Positions 36,846-46,454 of a stretch of 64,000 bases of DNA are shown here, piece by piece (within the stretch, counting starts at the first letter, position 1; the number at the start of each line of letters is the position of its first letter). Location of the stretch: assembly GCA_039796775.1 (NCBI GenBank), contig JBDKJD010000001.1, forward strand, positions 5,874 to 69,873, in the 5' to 3' direction. The stretch is from Candidatus Parcubacteria bacterium (GTDB lineage: Bacteria > Patescibacteriota > Minisyncoccia > Phycocordibacterales > UBA5272). Both the position numbers and the translations under genes were made by a program. The notes below the pieces were generated by a model, which saw only the letters and a list, made by a program, of their open reading frames with translations, had not been told where the DNA came from and made no database searches.

Positions 36846-37961
36846 TTATGAGTGACTAAGCGCTATACGAATAATCTCAGAAGCTATTATTTTGGAAGCG
36901 TTTCTAGACGATGGGAACTCTCTACTTTTGATAACATATTTCATATATTCATCTTTATTTTCAAGAATAAGAGCAATTGAATTGGTTAAAATATTCGGAC
37001 CAAGATTATCTTCTTCTATCACTGAAGCTACACCATGAGACGCCATAGCATAAGCATTACTACGCTGATCTCTACTTATTGACTCTGGTATTGGTATAAC
37101 AACAAAAGGTAGTTGCCATTCAATCATCTCAAACATAGAAGACCCTGCTCTCGTCACAACAAAATCAATCTTAGGATAAAAAACGCTGAGATCGAGAAAT
37201 CCTAGAGGATAATAGTGTTCTTTATACGGATGATCATGTAGTATGGTTTTTGTTTTTTCTTTGATTGCTTCAATATTGTTCTCCCCTGTTTGATGTATAA
37301 TGTCATACTGATTAAGCAAGCTCGGCAACACAGAAACAACAACGTCATTTATTTTTTGACTACCTTGAGATCCTCCAAGGACTAAGATAACAGGTCTCTC
37401 ACTTCGTTCTTTCAATGAATATTCTCTAGAGAAGTTTTCATCTGGCAACAAAGATTCTCGTATGGGCTGGCCAGTGACTGCGGTGACTTCTTTTTTGTAA
37501 TACTGAAAAGCTTCTTTGTATGAGAGAGCGACTCTTGCTGCGAATGTACTCGCCCATAATGTGGTTCTTCCTGGTACTGAATCACTTTCGTGAATGATTA
37601 CAGGAATAGAAAGTATCCTCGCCGCCAAAAGCGTCGGAAAGCTAGCATACCCACCTTTGGCAAACACAACGTCTGGATAAAGAGAATACAATTTAATAAG
37701 CGCCAAGAAACAACCGTAGAATGTTTTAAGTATATCTGTGATGTTTTCTAATGAGGGGTATAAACGCAGCTTACCTGCAGGTATCTCTACGAACTTTGCT
37801 CTAATACCAAACAATGCTTCTTCGTCATATGAATTATCAGAAAAAAAATAAAATTCTGGCTGCATAATCTTTTGCAAAAAAGCTTCCTTTTCTATTCTTT
37901 CTGCCACTGCGATGAGTGGATAAAAGTGACCCCCACCTGCTCCTGTTAAAACAATTTTCAT
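36846..37961 (-). CDS. murG: UDP-GlcNAc:lipid I N-acetylglucosaminyltransferase MurG.
   Basis: The N terminus MKIVLTGAGGGHFYP fits the MurG family fold. Confidence 0.85.
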   Translation of the reverse strand: MKIVLTGAGGGHFYPLIAVAERIEKEAFLQKIMQPEFYFFSDNSYDEEALFGIRAKFVEIPAGKLRLYPSLENITDILKTFYGCFLALIKLYSLYPDVVFAKGGYASFPTLLAARILSIPVIIHESDSVPGRTTLWASTFAARVALSYKEAFQYYKKEVTAVTGQPIRESLLPDENFSREYSLKERSERPVILVLGGSQGSQKINDVVVSVLPSLLNQYDIIHQTGENNIEAIKEKTKTILHDHPYKEHYYPLGFLDLSVFYPKIDFVVTRAGSSMFEMIEWQLPFVVIPIPESISRDQRSNAYAMASHGVASVIEEDNLGPNILTNSIALILENKDEYMKYVIKSREFPSSRNASKIIASEIIRIALSHS

Positions 37962-37971
37962 AGTATAGAGT

Positions 37972-39069
37972 TTACTCCTTTAATGAAGATTTTGAAACAT
38001 TAAGCACTACACCTATTTGGAACAAGAGAGCAATCAGTGCTGTACCTCCATGCGACACAAATGGTAACGGCACCCCAGTTAATGGCAATATTCCTATCAT
38101 AGAACCGACATTTAGGGTTAATTGTATGAGAATAACTGACAATATTCCTATCACCAACAATCTCCCAAATTGAGAATATGCATATCTAGCGATGATGTAT
38201 ATTCTCCATGTTAACAATAAATACAGCGAGAAGAGATAAAGAACGCCGACATAACCAAGTTCTTCTCCTATCACAGCAAAAATAGAATCCCCTATTGGCT
38301 CAGGTAGATAGTTAAATTTTTGAACACTTTGACCTAACCCTCTTCCGAACACTCCACCACCACCCAAAGCAATCAATGATTGATTCACCTGCCATGATGA
38401 GCCATGTAAGTCTTGTGAGCTGTCAAAAAAAGTCTTCACTCGCTCCAACATATAAGGTCTCACGGAAATAAGCAGCAAGAACCCAGCTATTCCTAATGCA
38501 GCTAAAATATACATATGCTTCTTCCTCGCTCCTCCAACAAAAAACACAGCAAACGATGCTCCAGCGATGACCAAATATGTTCCAAAGTCAGGCTGTAGCA
38601 AAAGAATAATAGTCACCAACATAAGACCAACCCCATACGCTAAGAGTCCGTATCTAACATCCTTAAAAGAATTACGATACGTACTGCACCAATATGCGAC
38701 CATGACAACAAAAGCGAATTTCAAAAACTCACTAGGCTGCAAACTAAGTGGCCCTATATCTATCCAACGATGGGCGCCTCCATGATAACGAGATAACCCA
38801 GGGACAAACACAAGAGAAGTCACAAATAATCCTAGGAAGAACAAATAATACGCGAATCTATAATAAAGTGTGTATGGAATAGTAGCACCAATAAGAAGTG
38901 CCACACTCCCTAAAAGTAATGCATAGATAAGCTGTGTCTTTATTACTGCATAGAACTTAACATCGTTAACCGAGAGTACACCAAGAGCAGCAGATCCAAA
39001 GAAAACAAGTCCACTAATAACTAATGTGACTATGATAAAAAATAGCGGTTTATCTATTTTTTTAAGCAT
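37972..39069 (-). CDS. ftsW: SEDS-family peptidoglycan glycosyltransferase (FtsW/RodA).
   Basis: It has 10 transmembrane segments and a conserved C-terminal region. The start was set at the internal ATG (MLKKIDKPLFF) to avoid overlap with mraY. Confidence 0.8.
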   Translation of the reverse strand: MLKKIDKPLFFIIVTLVISGLVFFGSAALGVLSVNDVKFYAVIKTQLIYALLLGSVALLIGATIPYTLYYRFAYYLFFLGLFVTSLVFVPGLSRYHGGAHRWIDIGPLSLQPSEFLKFAFVVMVAYWCSTYRNSFKDVRYGLLAYGVGLMLVTIILLLQPDFGTYLVIAGASFAVFFVGGARKKHMYILAALGIAGFLLLISVRPYMLERVKTFFDSSQDLHGSSWQVNQSLIALGGGGVFGRGLGQSVQKFNYLPEPIGDSIFAVIGEELGYVGVLYLFSLYLLLTWRIYIIARYAYSQFGRLLVIGILSVILIQLTLNVGSMIGILPLTGVPLPFVSHGGTALIALLFQIGVVLNVSKSSLKE

Positions 39070-39074
39070 ATAAT

Positions 39075-40145
39075 TTAGCTCACTAATACCAACACCACTC
39101 CAAAGAGAGCGCACATATAAGAAACTATCCAATATCTCATCGAGACCTTATATGCAGGCCACCCCTTAGCTTGAAAATGATGATGAAGCGGAGCGACGAG
39201 AAATAGCTTTCGCTTGAATACTTTCTTCCAAAAAAGTTGCAAAATAACGGAAGCGGTAGTAACAAGGAGCGGAAACGCGATAATAGGCAGATACATAACC
39301 GCATCTGTGAGAAACGCTATCACTGAAAGTGAGAGTGATAATGCAAGCATGCCGGTCTCTGTAAGATAAAATGATGCTGGGGGTATATTAAACCAAAGAA
39401 AAGCAATAAGCCCCCCAACAATAACAAAACAAAGTGTGGCTATATCCACTTGCCCTTGAACATACGCAATCATTCCATACGCTATGAATACAGCTGACAT
39501 AACTCCGCCCGATAATCCATCCACTCCGTCAATAACTCCAGTTGAAAAGGTTGCGAGAGTCACCGTGATAAAAAATAGAATAAATAAAAGACCTCCCAAA
39601 TTCACATCTCCATACCAAGGGACATAGACAGAACTCACTCCAAGCTTCGCAAAGAACCACCATCCAGCAAACCCACCAAGAGAAGACACTGCTGCCAATC
39701 TCACTGGAAATGATAGCCCTCCACCAATATATGAGTTCAATCTACTACCAAAAGCTTCAACAACCAGGAGATCATCTATCGCGCCAACGACCGCACCTAC
39801 GAACATGGCGAATAATGGTAGCCATGTCTGATTACGAGAGATGAAGTCTAATTTTTCGGTGAACGCTATTGGGAATACTTTTGATATTGAATAAAACAAA
39901 AGAGCAGTAATAAATACAGATGCCCATACAACAACACCTCCAAGTCTTGGGACTGGGGCTTTTTCATCATTATGAATGCTCGCTGTAATGCTCGCTTCTT
40001 TGCCATCAATTGTTTTGATGACATTTTTTTTCTTCCAGAGTTTATTCTTATGCAAAAATCGAGCAATATGGGGAGCAATAATAATCCCGATCAAAAAAGC
40101 GAGTATCGCAGGCAGAAGCACTTTGAATGAGTCGAGATTATACAT
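39075..40145 (-). CDS. mraY: Phospho-N-acetylmuramoyl-pentapeptide transferase MraY.
   Basis: A polytopic protein with DDL and VIDGVDGL motifs, sitting among murG and ftsW. Confidence 0.8.
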   Translation of the reverse strand: MYNLDSFKVLLPAILAFLIGIIIAPHIARFLHKNKLWKKKNVIKTIDGKEASITASIHNDEKAPVPRLGGVVVWASVFITALLFYSISKVFPIAFTEKLDFISRNQTWLPLFAMFVGAVVGAIDDLLVVEAFGSRLNSYIGGGLSFPVRLAAVSSLGGFAGWWFFAKLGVSSVYVPWYGDVNLGGLLFILFFITVTLATFSTGVIDGVDGLSGGVMSAVFIAYGMIAYVQGQVDIATLCFVIVGGLIAFLWFNIPPASFYLTETGMLALSLSLSVIAFLTDAVMYLPIIAFPLLVTTASVILQLFWKKVFKRKLFLVAPLHHHFQAKGWPAYKVSMRYWIVSYMCALFGVVLVLVS

Positions 40146-40194
40146 TTTGATTAGTATAACACAGAAGAATCAACCTCAAATGTATAGAGTATCG

Positions 40195-41160
40195 CTACTT
40201 TTCTATAGCTGTAGAAGGTGTATTGAAGACTGAGAGATTTTGTTTTATAGAAGAATAGATATGACTCACGTCTCTGAATCTCCCCTCTTTTGTTGAACCT
40301 AGAACTATAAGTATCATCGGTCTACCGACACTCATATCAACAATAACTCCAAGATTACCGCCCGCAAGATCAGTGAACCCGGTCTTAGAAGCTTCAGCCC
40401 CACTTAATAGCTGTATTGATTGATTAGTATTAGGCACTCCAGATATCGGACCTCGAACTGCATATACCTTTTGTCTATGTTTGGTTGTTGAGTCCATAAT
40501 CTCTCTCATCTCCCTATACGCAAAAAAGAAAAGCTTCGCTACGTCCTCTGCATTCCCATAACCTCCTAGAGATTGGCCAACGTCTAATCCTGCCGGGTCA
40601 GTGAATGTTAAGTCGAGATTATTAGTTTTGGCATATTCATTCATTTTGCTAATAAAAACATCTCTTCCTCCATAATGAGAAGCAACAGCGTATGCTGCAT
40701 CATTAGAAGAAAAAACGAGCATATACTTTAATAGTTCTCCAAGCTTCCACTCTTGTTTATCCTTTAATCCTAAATCGAAACCACCTTCTATAGAACGTTT
40801 AGATATGACTATCGTATCAGTACTTGATCCAAGCGAAAGCGCAGTAAGAGCAGTTGCGACCTTGGACAAGCTAGCAAGTGGGAGTGAAGTAGTAGCATTT
40901 TTTGAAGAGAGTATTCTTTTGGAGTGAATATCATAGACTACATAAGCTTTGCCTTCTATGTCATATGTTGGCAAAAAAATTGGATGAGAATCTTGCGTTA
41001 GATAATCAAAACTAGAAAGCTTATGTGCTGTTTGAGATGTGAATAACGGAAACTGAAGAGACGCCAAAAAGAAAATAATGCTCACCATCACTATATGCAA
41101 GTGTGATGCTTCATGTAATCGTACTTTTTTTAATTCTTTAACAAACTTCTTGCGTTTCAT
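40195..41160 (-). CDS. Serine-type D-Ala-D-Ala carboxypeptidase (PBP5-like).
   Basis: SLSK (SxxK), SSND (SxN) and KTGFT (KTG) are present, with an N-terminal transmembrane or signal segment. Confidence 0.8.
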   Translation of the reverse strand: MKRKKFVKELKKVRLHEASHLHIVMVSIIFFLASLQFPLFTSQTAHKLSSFDYLTQDSHPIFLPTYDIEGKAYVVYDIHSKRILSSKNATTSLPLASLSKVATALTALSLGSSTDTIVISKRSIEGGFDLGLKDKQEWKLGELLKYMLVFSSNDAAYAVASHYGGRDVFISKMNEYAKTNNLDLTFTDPAGLDVGQSLGGYGNAEDVAKLFFFAYREMREIMDSTTKHRQKVYAVRGPISGVPNTNQSIQLLSGAEASKTGFTDLAGGNLGVIVDMSVGRPMILIVLGSTKEGRFRDVSHIYSSIKQNLSVFNTPSTAIEK

Positions 41161-41669
41161 TGTCCTTCTTTTTCATTTAATTTTTTGGTAAATGATTGAT
41201 TAATACGCTCAAAATCTGGAAGTTCTTCTTTTTTAGTAATGCCTAAATATTTGAAAGCCTCTGTCGTCAAAGAGAGAGATTCTCCTTCTTTTTTTATTAA
41301 TCCACGAATGAGGAGAGCGCGTATAGATTGAGAAGACTGAACTCCTCGAATGTATGAAATAGTTTCTTTATTCGGAGTGTCCAAGTAAGCTACAAGAGTG
41401 AGCACCTGGAGATTAGCTGGAGTTAAGTCACCCTCTAATTCTTTTTGTTTAAACTTCTCCACAAGAGCGCTTTGTTCTTTTTTTGTTACCAAGGAGAGAT
41501 TCTCACCATCGTAGACAATCAGAAGCGATGCCTTACTCGCTGTCTCTTCAAGTTCCTTGATAGCAGCTACCACCTCTTCTTTGTTCACCTCACAAAGTGA
41601 AGCTATCTTATCGCAACTAATCGGATCGCCAGAGAGATATAGTATTGTTATTATTTTTTCTATTAACAT
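41157..41669 (-). CDS. scpB: Segregation and condensation protein B.
   Basis: Two winged-helix repeats are present (...LTPANLQVLTLVAYLDTPNKETISYIRGV...). The start is taken at the internal ATG, MLIEKIITILYLSGDPIS. Confidence 0.8.
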   Translation of the reverse strand: MLIEKIITILYLSGDPISCDKIASLCEVNKEEVVAAIKELEETASKASLLIVYDGENLSLVTKKEQSALVEKFKQKELEGDLTPANLQVLTLVAYLDTPNKETISYIRGVQSSQSIRALLIRGLIKKEGESLSLTTEAFKYLGITKKEELPDFERINQSFTKKLNEKEGQ

Positions 41670-41705
41670 AAAGACGTTTGAATAAGTGTAGCACAAGTGA
41701 CTCTG

Positions 41706-42419
41706 TTATATTTTGGAAAGAATAATGTCTCCCCCTTTTTCATCTTGAGTTGCAGAGAGGGCGCCGTTTTTTAATAATTCAAGTATTGCCATGAAGCTTG
41801 TGATAAGTATTTTCTTTTTTTCTTCTACTGTGCCTGCTGATTGAGACATCGTTTGTAGTGAAAGAGTTTGAGCGGATTTTATTCTGGTCATTATATCTTC
41901 TATAACATTTTCTATTCTAATAGCTTTTTCTACTGCTATCTTGGTTAAAACTTTTGGTTCCAAAAAGGTTACCAATGTCATTGAAGCAATAGACTGTAGC
42001 AACTGTAGAGAGAGTCTAGTATCTATCACAAAAACCATCACCGATTCAGGTAATTTGTACGCTCGAGAATACAAGACCGATTTGGCGAATGTGTTTTTTA
42101 TTCCCAATTCTGCATCTTTTAAAATGGTATGTAATTCGAGCTTTTTTTCTAAATCGTCTATTTGTCGTTCTTCCTCTTCTGTATAGACCATTTCTGGGAA
42201 AAGTGACTTCGCCTTCATAAGCATCAACGTCGATGCCACAACCACAAATTGTGATATATCTATCACGTTTTTGTCGTTGAGCGATCTTACATATGCAATA
42301 TAGTCATCAGTCACTGAGACAAGCGATATTTCTGTGATTGAAAGTTTTTTGTTTTCTATGAGTTCAAGGAGTGCGGTGTATGGTCCTTCGAATCTATCTA
42401 ACTTAACAGTGAATTCCAT
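41706..42419 (-). CDS. scpA: Segregation and condensation protein A.
   Basis: The N terminus FEGPYTALLELIENKKLSITEISLVSVTDDY is typical of ScpA. Confidence 0.8.
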   Translation of the reverse strand: MEFTVKLDRFEGPYTALLELIENKKLSITEISLVSVTDDYIAYVRSLNDKNVIDISQFVVVASTLMLMKAKSLFPEMVYTEEEERQIDDLEKKLELHTILKDAELGIKNTFAKSVLYSRAYKLPESVMVFVIDTRLSLQLLQSIASMTLVTFLEPKVLTKIAVEKAIRIENVIEDIMTRIKSAQTLSLQTMSQSAGTVEEKKKILITSFMAILELLKNGALSATQDEKGGDIILSKI

Positions 42420-42462
42420 AAGAATAGTATATAGTTACTGGTTAGTAGTTGCTAGTTAATAG

Positions 42463-42493
42463 CAAAGGACAGGCCTTCGGCCTGTCCTTTGCT
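42463..42493. terminator. Strong GC stem-loop (14-bp perfect stem, UUCG loop) with no U-tract.
   Basis: gcaaaggacaggcc-ttcg-ggcctgtcctttgc lies between the GH18 gene end and the scpA start. Confidence 0.4.
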
Positions 42494-42508
42494 CTAGTGA
42501 TTATAACC

Positions 42509-43621
42509 TTACTTTATCACTTCAAAGATCTTAGGGTCTTGGGCTCCGTCTATTTTAAATACACCAATTCCACCCAACTTATATAATCTAGCTAGCTTGA
42601 GCTTATCTCTGATAGCTTCACTGTCTGAATACGTAACATAATAGTTCTTGAGTGTGCCTGGCGTCTTATTACTCAAATCCGTTGACGTGGAGTATGAAAA
42701 CTCAAGTTCGCCTGCTTTATTCCTTGTTGGAGTAATTCCTAGCGACTGTGCCAGCTCTTCTGCATATTTATAATTCATTGAACCTATTTTTCTATAATTA
42801 ATAGCGCCACTCTCTGTATAACTATACTCATATTTATATCCATAGGTCGCAACCCCTACTACTATCTTACTCGCAGGTATGTCACGAAGGGTGAGCGTGA
42901 GCACCTTTCTTACCCACGCTATATCAGCTACAGGTCTATAGAGCTTACCTTTGTTGACCCCAACCAACTGCACATCTCCGTCTATCTGATCATAGGTCAT
43001 GATGCGCACTTGATCACAGACCTTCCCTATCACTTTATAATCATTCGAGTATTCTATCTTTGCAAGTAATTCTTTGGTGACTTTTGAATAACGAGAATCA
43101 ATTGGGGTACGTGCTTCTATGGTACAGATGAGTTTCTTTTTGTTTTTCTTAAGTTCTTTACTTAGCTCTTTCAAGAAAAGAGAAAATCCCTCTCTCGTTT
43201 CTGCACTCTTCCCTTCATAATCAATATCGATTCCGTCGAACTTATGATACACAACTTCTGATACTATTTCCTCAATATGATACTTACGCTCAGTCTTATT
43301 ATTCAAAACAGTCTCCATGGCCTTGCGGTCAATCCAGAGAATAGAAGGATATACTTTGATTCCTTTTTTCTGCGCATCGATAAGAAGACTTTTCCATGGC
43401 TCTTCTCGTATCTTGGCAGCATCTTTGAGAGACCCCGTTTCTGTTACCTCATATGAAAAAGGACTTATCTCTGTGAATGACGAAAGGTTGGCAAGGGTCG
43501 TGCTTGCTCCAGCATCTTTTCTCCAATACGGTATCCAGGCAGCCTTAGTAAACGTTGAGGCAACCACAGCTTCAAAACATGTAACCACAATTAATAATGA
43601 AAGTATTGTCTTCATGTACAC
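42509..43621 (-). CDS. Secreted glycoside hydrolase family 18 protein (chitinase-like).
   Basis: A signal peptide is present. The catalytic DGIDIDYEG motif (DxxDxDxE) is present. Confidence 0.7.
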   Translation of the reverse strand: MYMKTILSLLIVVTCFEAVVASTFTKAAWIPYWRKDAGASTTLANLSSFTEISPFSYEVTETGSLKDAAKIREEPWKSLLIDAQKKGIKVYPSILWIDRKAMETVLNNKTERKYHIEEIVSEVVYHKFDGIDIDYEGKSAETREGFSLFLKELSKELKKNKKKLICTIEARTPIDSRYSKVTKELLAKIEYSNDYKVIGKVCDQVRIMTYDQIDGDVQLVGVNKGKLYRPVADIAWVRKVLTLTLRDIPASKIVVGVATYGYKYEYSYTESGAINYRKIGSMNYKYAEELAQSLGITPTRNKAGELEFSYSTSTDLSNKTPGTLKNYYVTYSDSEAIRDKLKLARLYKLGGIGVFKIDGAQDPKIFEVIK

Positions 43622-43678
43622 ACTATACCATATAACAAAATACCCGAAGCTTACGCTTCGGGTATCAACATCAACACC

Positions 43679-44131
43679 TCATTTCCCGACTTGTTGAGAC
43701 CCAAGTGGATAAGAGAGTGTTGATCTGTAATCCTCAACGGGGAAAATTGTCGGTATTTTCTTCATCACACCATCTGTGTATGCTTCAACGATACCAATTT
43801 TTTGCCCAGGTTGTAGAGCTACGATGTACACATCTGGCTTGCCGACATTTCCTTCCCAGAAGACGACGGTGTTAGCCCCTTTCCGTCCTGCGGCTGCAAC
43901 ACACTGAGCAACGGTTACTTTCTCACCAATTCGACGAAACGCTGCGATACATGATTCCCCTTTTTTCACAAAGGTGAATGTGCCGTGTTTCAACGTTGTG
44001 CCTTCTTTAACAACTGGCACAAAGTAGCCAACACCGAGTGCCACACCAACGTCTTCTGCTTTCAGATCAGTTTTGCCAGCAAATGAAATCGCTGAAAAAA
44101 CAATAGAAAACAAAATAATTACTTTTTTCAC
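43679..44131 (-). CDS. Hypothetical secreted protein.
   Basis: A signal peptide MKKVIILFSIVFSAISFAG is present. No family is recognised. Confidence 0.5.
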   Translation of the reverse strand: MKKVIILFSIVFSAISFAGKTDLKAEDVGVALGVGYFVPVVKEGTTLKHGTFTFVKKGESCIAAFRRIGEKVTVAQCVAAAGRKGANTVVFWEGNVGKPDVYIVALQPGQKIGIVEAYTDGVMKKIPTIFPVEDYRSTLSYPLGSQQVGK

Positions 44132-44231
44132 AATGAACTCCTGTTGTTACACTAAATACAGTATAGAATATTTAAAAAATTAGTCAATATTGACTAATTT
44201 TTTAAATATTCCTATTTATTTTGTGTCAACC

Positions 44232-45644
44232 TTAGACTTTCTTCTTTGTTTCAATTCCGAGCTCACGTAGAACTTTTGCTGTTGCAACAGACGGCGCTTG
44301 CATAAGAAGATCCTTGCCTTCGCCAGTTTTAGGGAATGCCATCACTTCGCGGATATTAGGCTCATTAAGAAGGATCATGAGTAGTCTATCTAGCCCCCAG
44401 GCGATACCACCGTGTGGCGGAGTGCCCGATCCAAGTGCCTCTAACATGTGACCGAAGTTCTGATTAATCCTCTCTTCACTATATCCCATGATTTCAAATA
44501 CACGACGTAATGCGACAGGGTCATGAAGTCTAATACCTCCTCCCCCTATCTCATAACCATTAAGTGCAATATCATATTGGGTTGAGATAATGGCTTCGAT
44601 ATTTTTCTTTTCTAAGAGGTCATTCTTGTACTCATCGAGCACGCCTGTAAACGGATTATGCGTGAATGTCCACGCACCTGTGTCATCTACGTTGTCTTCC
44701 CCTGTTTTTTCAAATGCAGGAAAGTCTGTCACCCAACAGAATGCTAGTAAGTTAGGATCATTCTTGTCTTCTCTAATATCAGGCTTATCACTTCCATACT
44801 TTTCCATCACTTCTTTGTATGTAAAGCGTGGGAACGGTACCTGCTGAATACGTTTCTCTGGGAAAAGTGTTGTAACTATTTTTATCAAAAGATCTTCGTT
44901 TACTTTCATGACATCTTCTCTTTCGACGAAGCTCATCTCCAAGTCCATTTGAGTGAATTCAGGCTGACGATCACCTCGTGTGTCTTCGTCACGCATACAC
45001 TTAGCAATCTGGAAGTATCGTTCAAATCCTGAAGACATGAGAAGCTGCTTGTACTGCTGTGGTGACTGTGGAAGGGCGTAGAATGTTCCCTGCCAGATAC
45101 GAGATGGTACGAGATATGAGCGAGACCCTTCTGGCGTAGGGTTAGTTAGGAGCGGGGTTTCGATTTCAAAGAAGTTTTGCTTGTCTAACTCGTCACGCAC
45201 AAGCTTGATAACCTTGTGACGCATCTGCACATTTCTCTGTAGACGCGCACGACGAAGGTCAAGATATTTTTTTTCTAATCTTACCTCTTCGCTTACTTCA
45301 TACCCATCAGTTGAGATATCAAACGCAGGTGTCGCGGCTTCATTAAGCACGGTAATAGCGAGCACCTCTAGCTCAACGTCCCCATTAACGACATCCGCCT
45401 TTATATTCTTTTCCGGGCGCTTATTGACCTTGCCTTTGACTTCTACTACCCATTCTGGACGAATCTTTTGAGCTATCTCGAGGGCTTCTGTGTGGAATGG
45501 AAGGACAACACCCTGTACCTTCCCTGTCACATCACGAAAGTCTAGGAACACCATTTTTCCTTGATCACGTCTCACATCCACCCAAGCTTTGATAATAATT
45601 TCTTGTCCAACAGATGAAGAAATAGTGTTAATATAGGTACGCAT
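44232..45644 (-). CDS. aspS: Aspartyl-tRNA synthetase, short archaeal-type without the GAD insertion.
   Basis: It has an N-terminal OB fold, motif 1 FYALPQSPQQYKQLLM, and FRDED. Its 470 aa length is too short for the long bacterial form. Confidence 0.85.
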   Translation of the reverse strand: MRTYINTISSSVGQEIIIKAWVDVRRDQGKMVFLDFRDVTGKVQGVVLPFHTEALEIAQKIRPEWVVEVKGKVNKRPEKNIKADVVNGDVELEVLAITVLNEAATPAFDISTDGYEVSEEVRLEKKYLDLRRARLQRNVQMRHKVIKLVRDELDKQNFFEIETPLLTNPTPEGSRSYLVPSRIWQGTFYALPQSPQQYKQLLMSSGFERYFQIAKCMRDEDTRGDRQPEFTQMDLEMSFVEREDVMKVNEDLLIKIVTTLFPEKRIQQVPFPRFTYKEVMEKYGSDKPDIREDKNDPNLLAFCWVTDFPAFEKTGEDNVDDTGAWTFTHNPFTGVLDEYKNDLLEKKNIEAIISTQYDIALNGYEIGGGGIRLHDPVALRRVFEIMGYSEERINQNFGHMLEALGSGTPPHGGIAWGLDRLLMILLNEPNIREVMAFPKTGEGKDLLMQAPSVATAKVLRELGIETKKKV

Positions 45645-45680
45645 AAAGTTATCTATGTATACTAGCAGATTTTTGTATTT

Positions 45681-45714
45681 AAAAAAAGAAGCCCCCGCGA
45701 GTACGCGGGGGGGG
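45681..45714 (-). terminator. Rho-independent terminator.
   Basis: ccccccccgcg-tact-cgcgggggc is followed by ttcttttttt on the minus strand. Confidence 0.55.
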
Positions 45715-45746
45715 TTGATAGCTAGTGCCCTGATCCTGATCGTTCA

Positions 45747-46388
45747 CTAATGCGTGATTAAGAACCAAACCAAAACCATCAGGAGCTCATGGATAAAGGA
45801 TGACCACAGGAAAACCTTTCTTCCTTTCAAAGCTGTGGGCGTTCTTGCAAAAGACGAATCGGCGAAGGCGAAGGCGACGAAGGCGAAGGCGGTGGCGGCG
45901 AGGGTCACGAAGGCGGCGAAGGTGACGCCGAGGGTGACGAAGGCGGCGAAGGTGACGCAGAAGGCGACGCCGGCGAAGGCGAAGGCGACGAAGGCGAAGG
46001 CGTTGGTGGTAAGGGTGAAGAAACACCGAATCAAAAAGAAACATACCGACAAGAACATAAAGATCATCCCCGCCAAAACAAAGATAATTTTTTTTTGAAA
46101 AACTTCTTGTAGCTCTTCTTGTTCACCTCCACTTTCCACCAGCTTTTTTTGTATCGGGTCTGCAGTGATCATCACAGCAGCAGTACACAATTCCTTCTTG
46201 TGAAACCATGACCTCTCAAGTGTCACACACCTTCTTGGGGACAACTCCTTAGACTGTCCGTCATAAAGAACTATCCTGGTGGGGGCTGGTCCCCCGTACT
46301 GATAGTCGGCTTCAGACAACTTTTCGGCATGTGCTGAAAGCGTCAATAGCAAACCAATGAGAAAAACAATGCTACGAACAAAGGACAT
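45747..46388 (-). CDS. Hypothetical exported or membrane protein containing an AFAFVAFA-type hydrophobic repeat. The coding strand is ambiguous.
   Basis: It is the longest ORF across the repeat. A signal peptide MSFVRSIVFLIGLLLTLSAHA is present. It is co-oriented with its neighbours. A Lys/Ala-rich ORF overlaps on the plus strand. Confidence 0.45.
   Translation of the reverse strand: MSFVRSIVFLIGLLLTLSAHAEKLSEADYQYGGPAPTRIVLYDGQSKELSPRRCVTLERSWFHKKELCTAAVMITADPIQKKLVESGGEQEELQEVFQKKIIFVLAGMIFMFLSVCFFLIRCFFTLTTNAFAFVAFAFAGVAFCVTFAAFVTLGVTFAAFVTLAATAFAFVAFAFADSSFARTPTALKGRKVFLWSSFIHELLMVLVWFLITH
45860..45990. repeat. GC-rich tandem repeat block: heptamer-like gaaggcg units and ~27-nt units arranged A-B-B'-A.
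   Basis: ggcgaaggcgaaggcgacgaaggcgaaggcg occurs at both ends. gtSacgaaggcggcgaaggtgacgc occurs twice in the middle. Confidence 0.6.
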
Positions 46389-46454
46389 AATGTCCTCCTT
46401 TCTTTAAAAATGAGCTTGAAAAATAACTCTACTGTAGAATATACATCAAACAAG

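Noticed and set aside
45754-46098. Plus-strand 114-aa Lys/Ala-rich ORF across the tandem repeat.
   Set aside because: It is not adopted as the primary call. It is shorter than the minus-strand ORF, which has a signal peptide, a downstream terminator and neighbour co-orientation. It is kept as an alternative in the findings because repeat-derived frames cannot be resolved by sequence alone.
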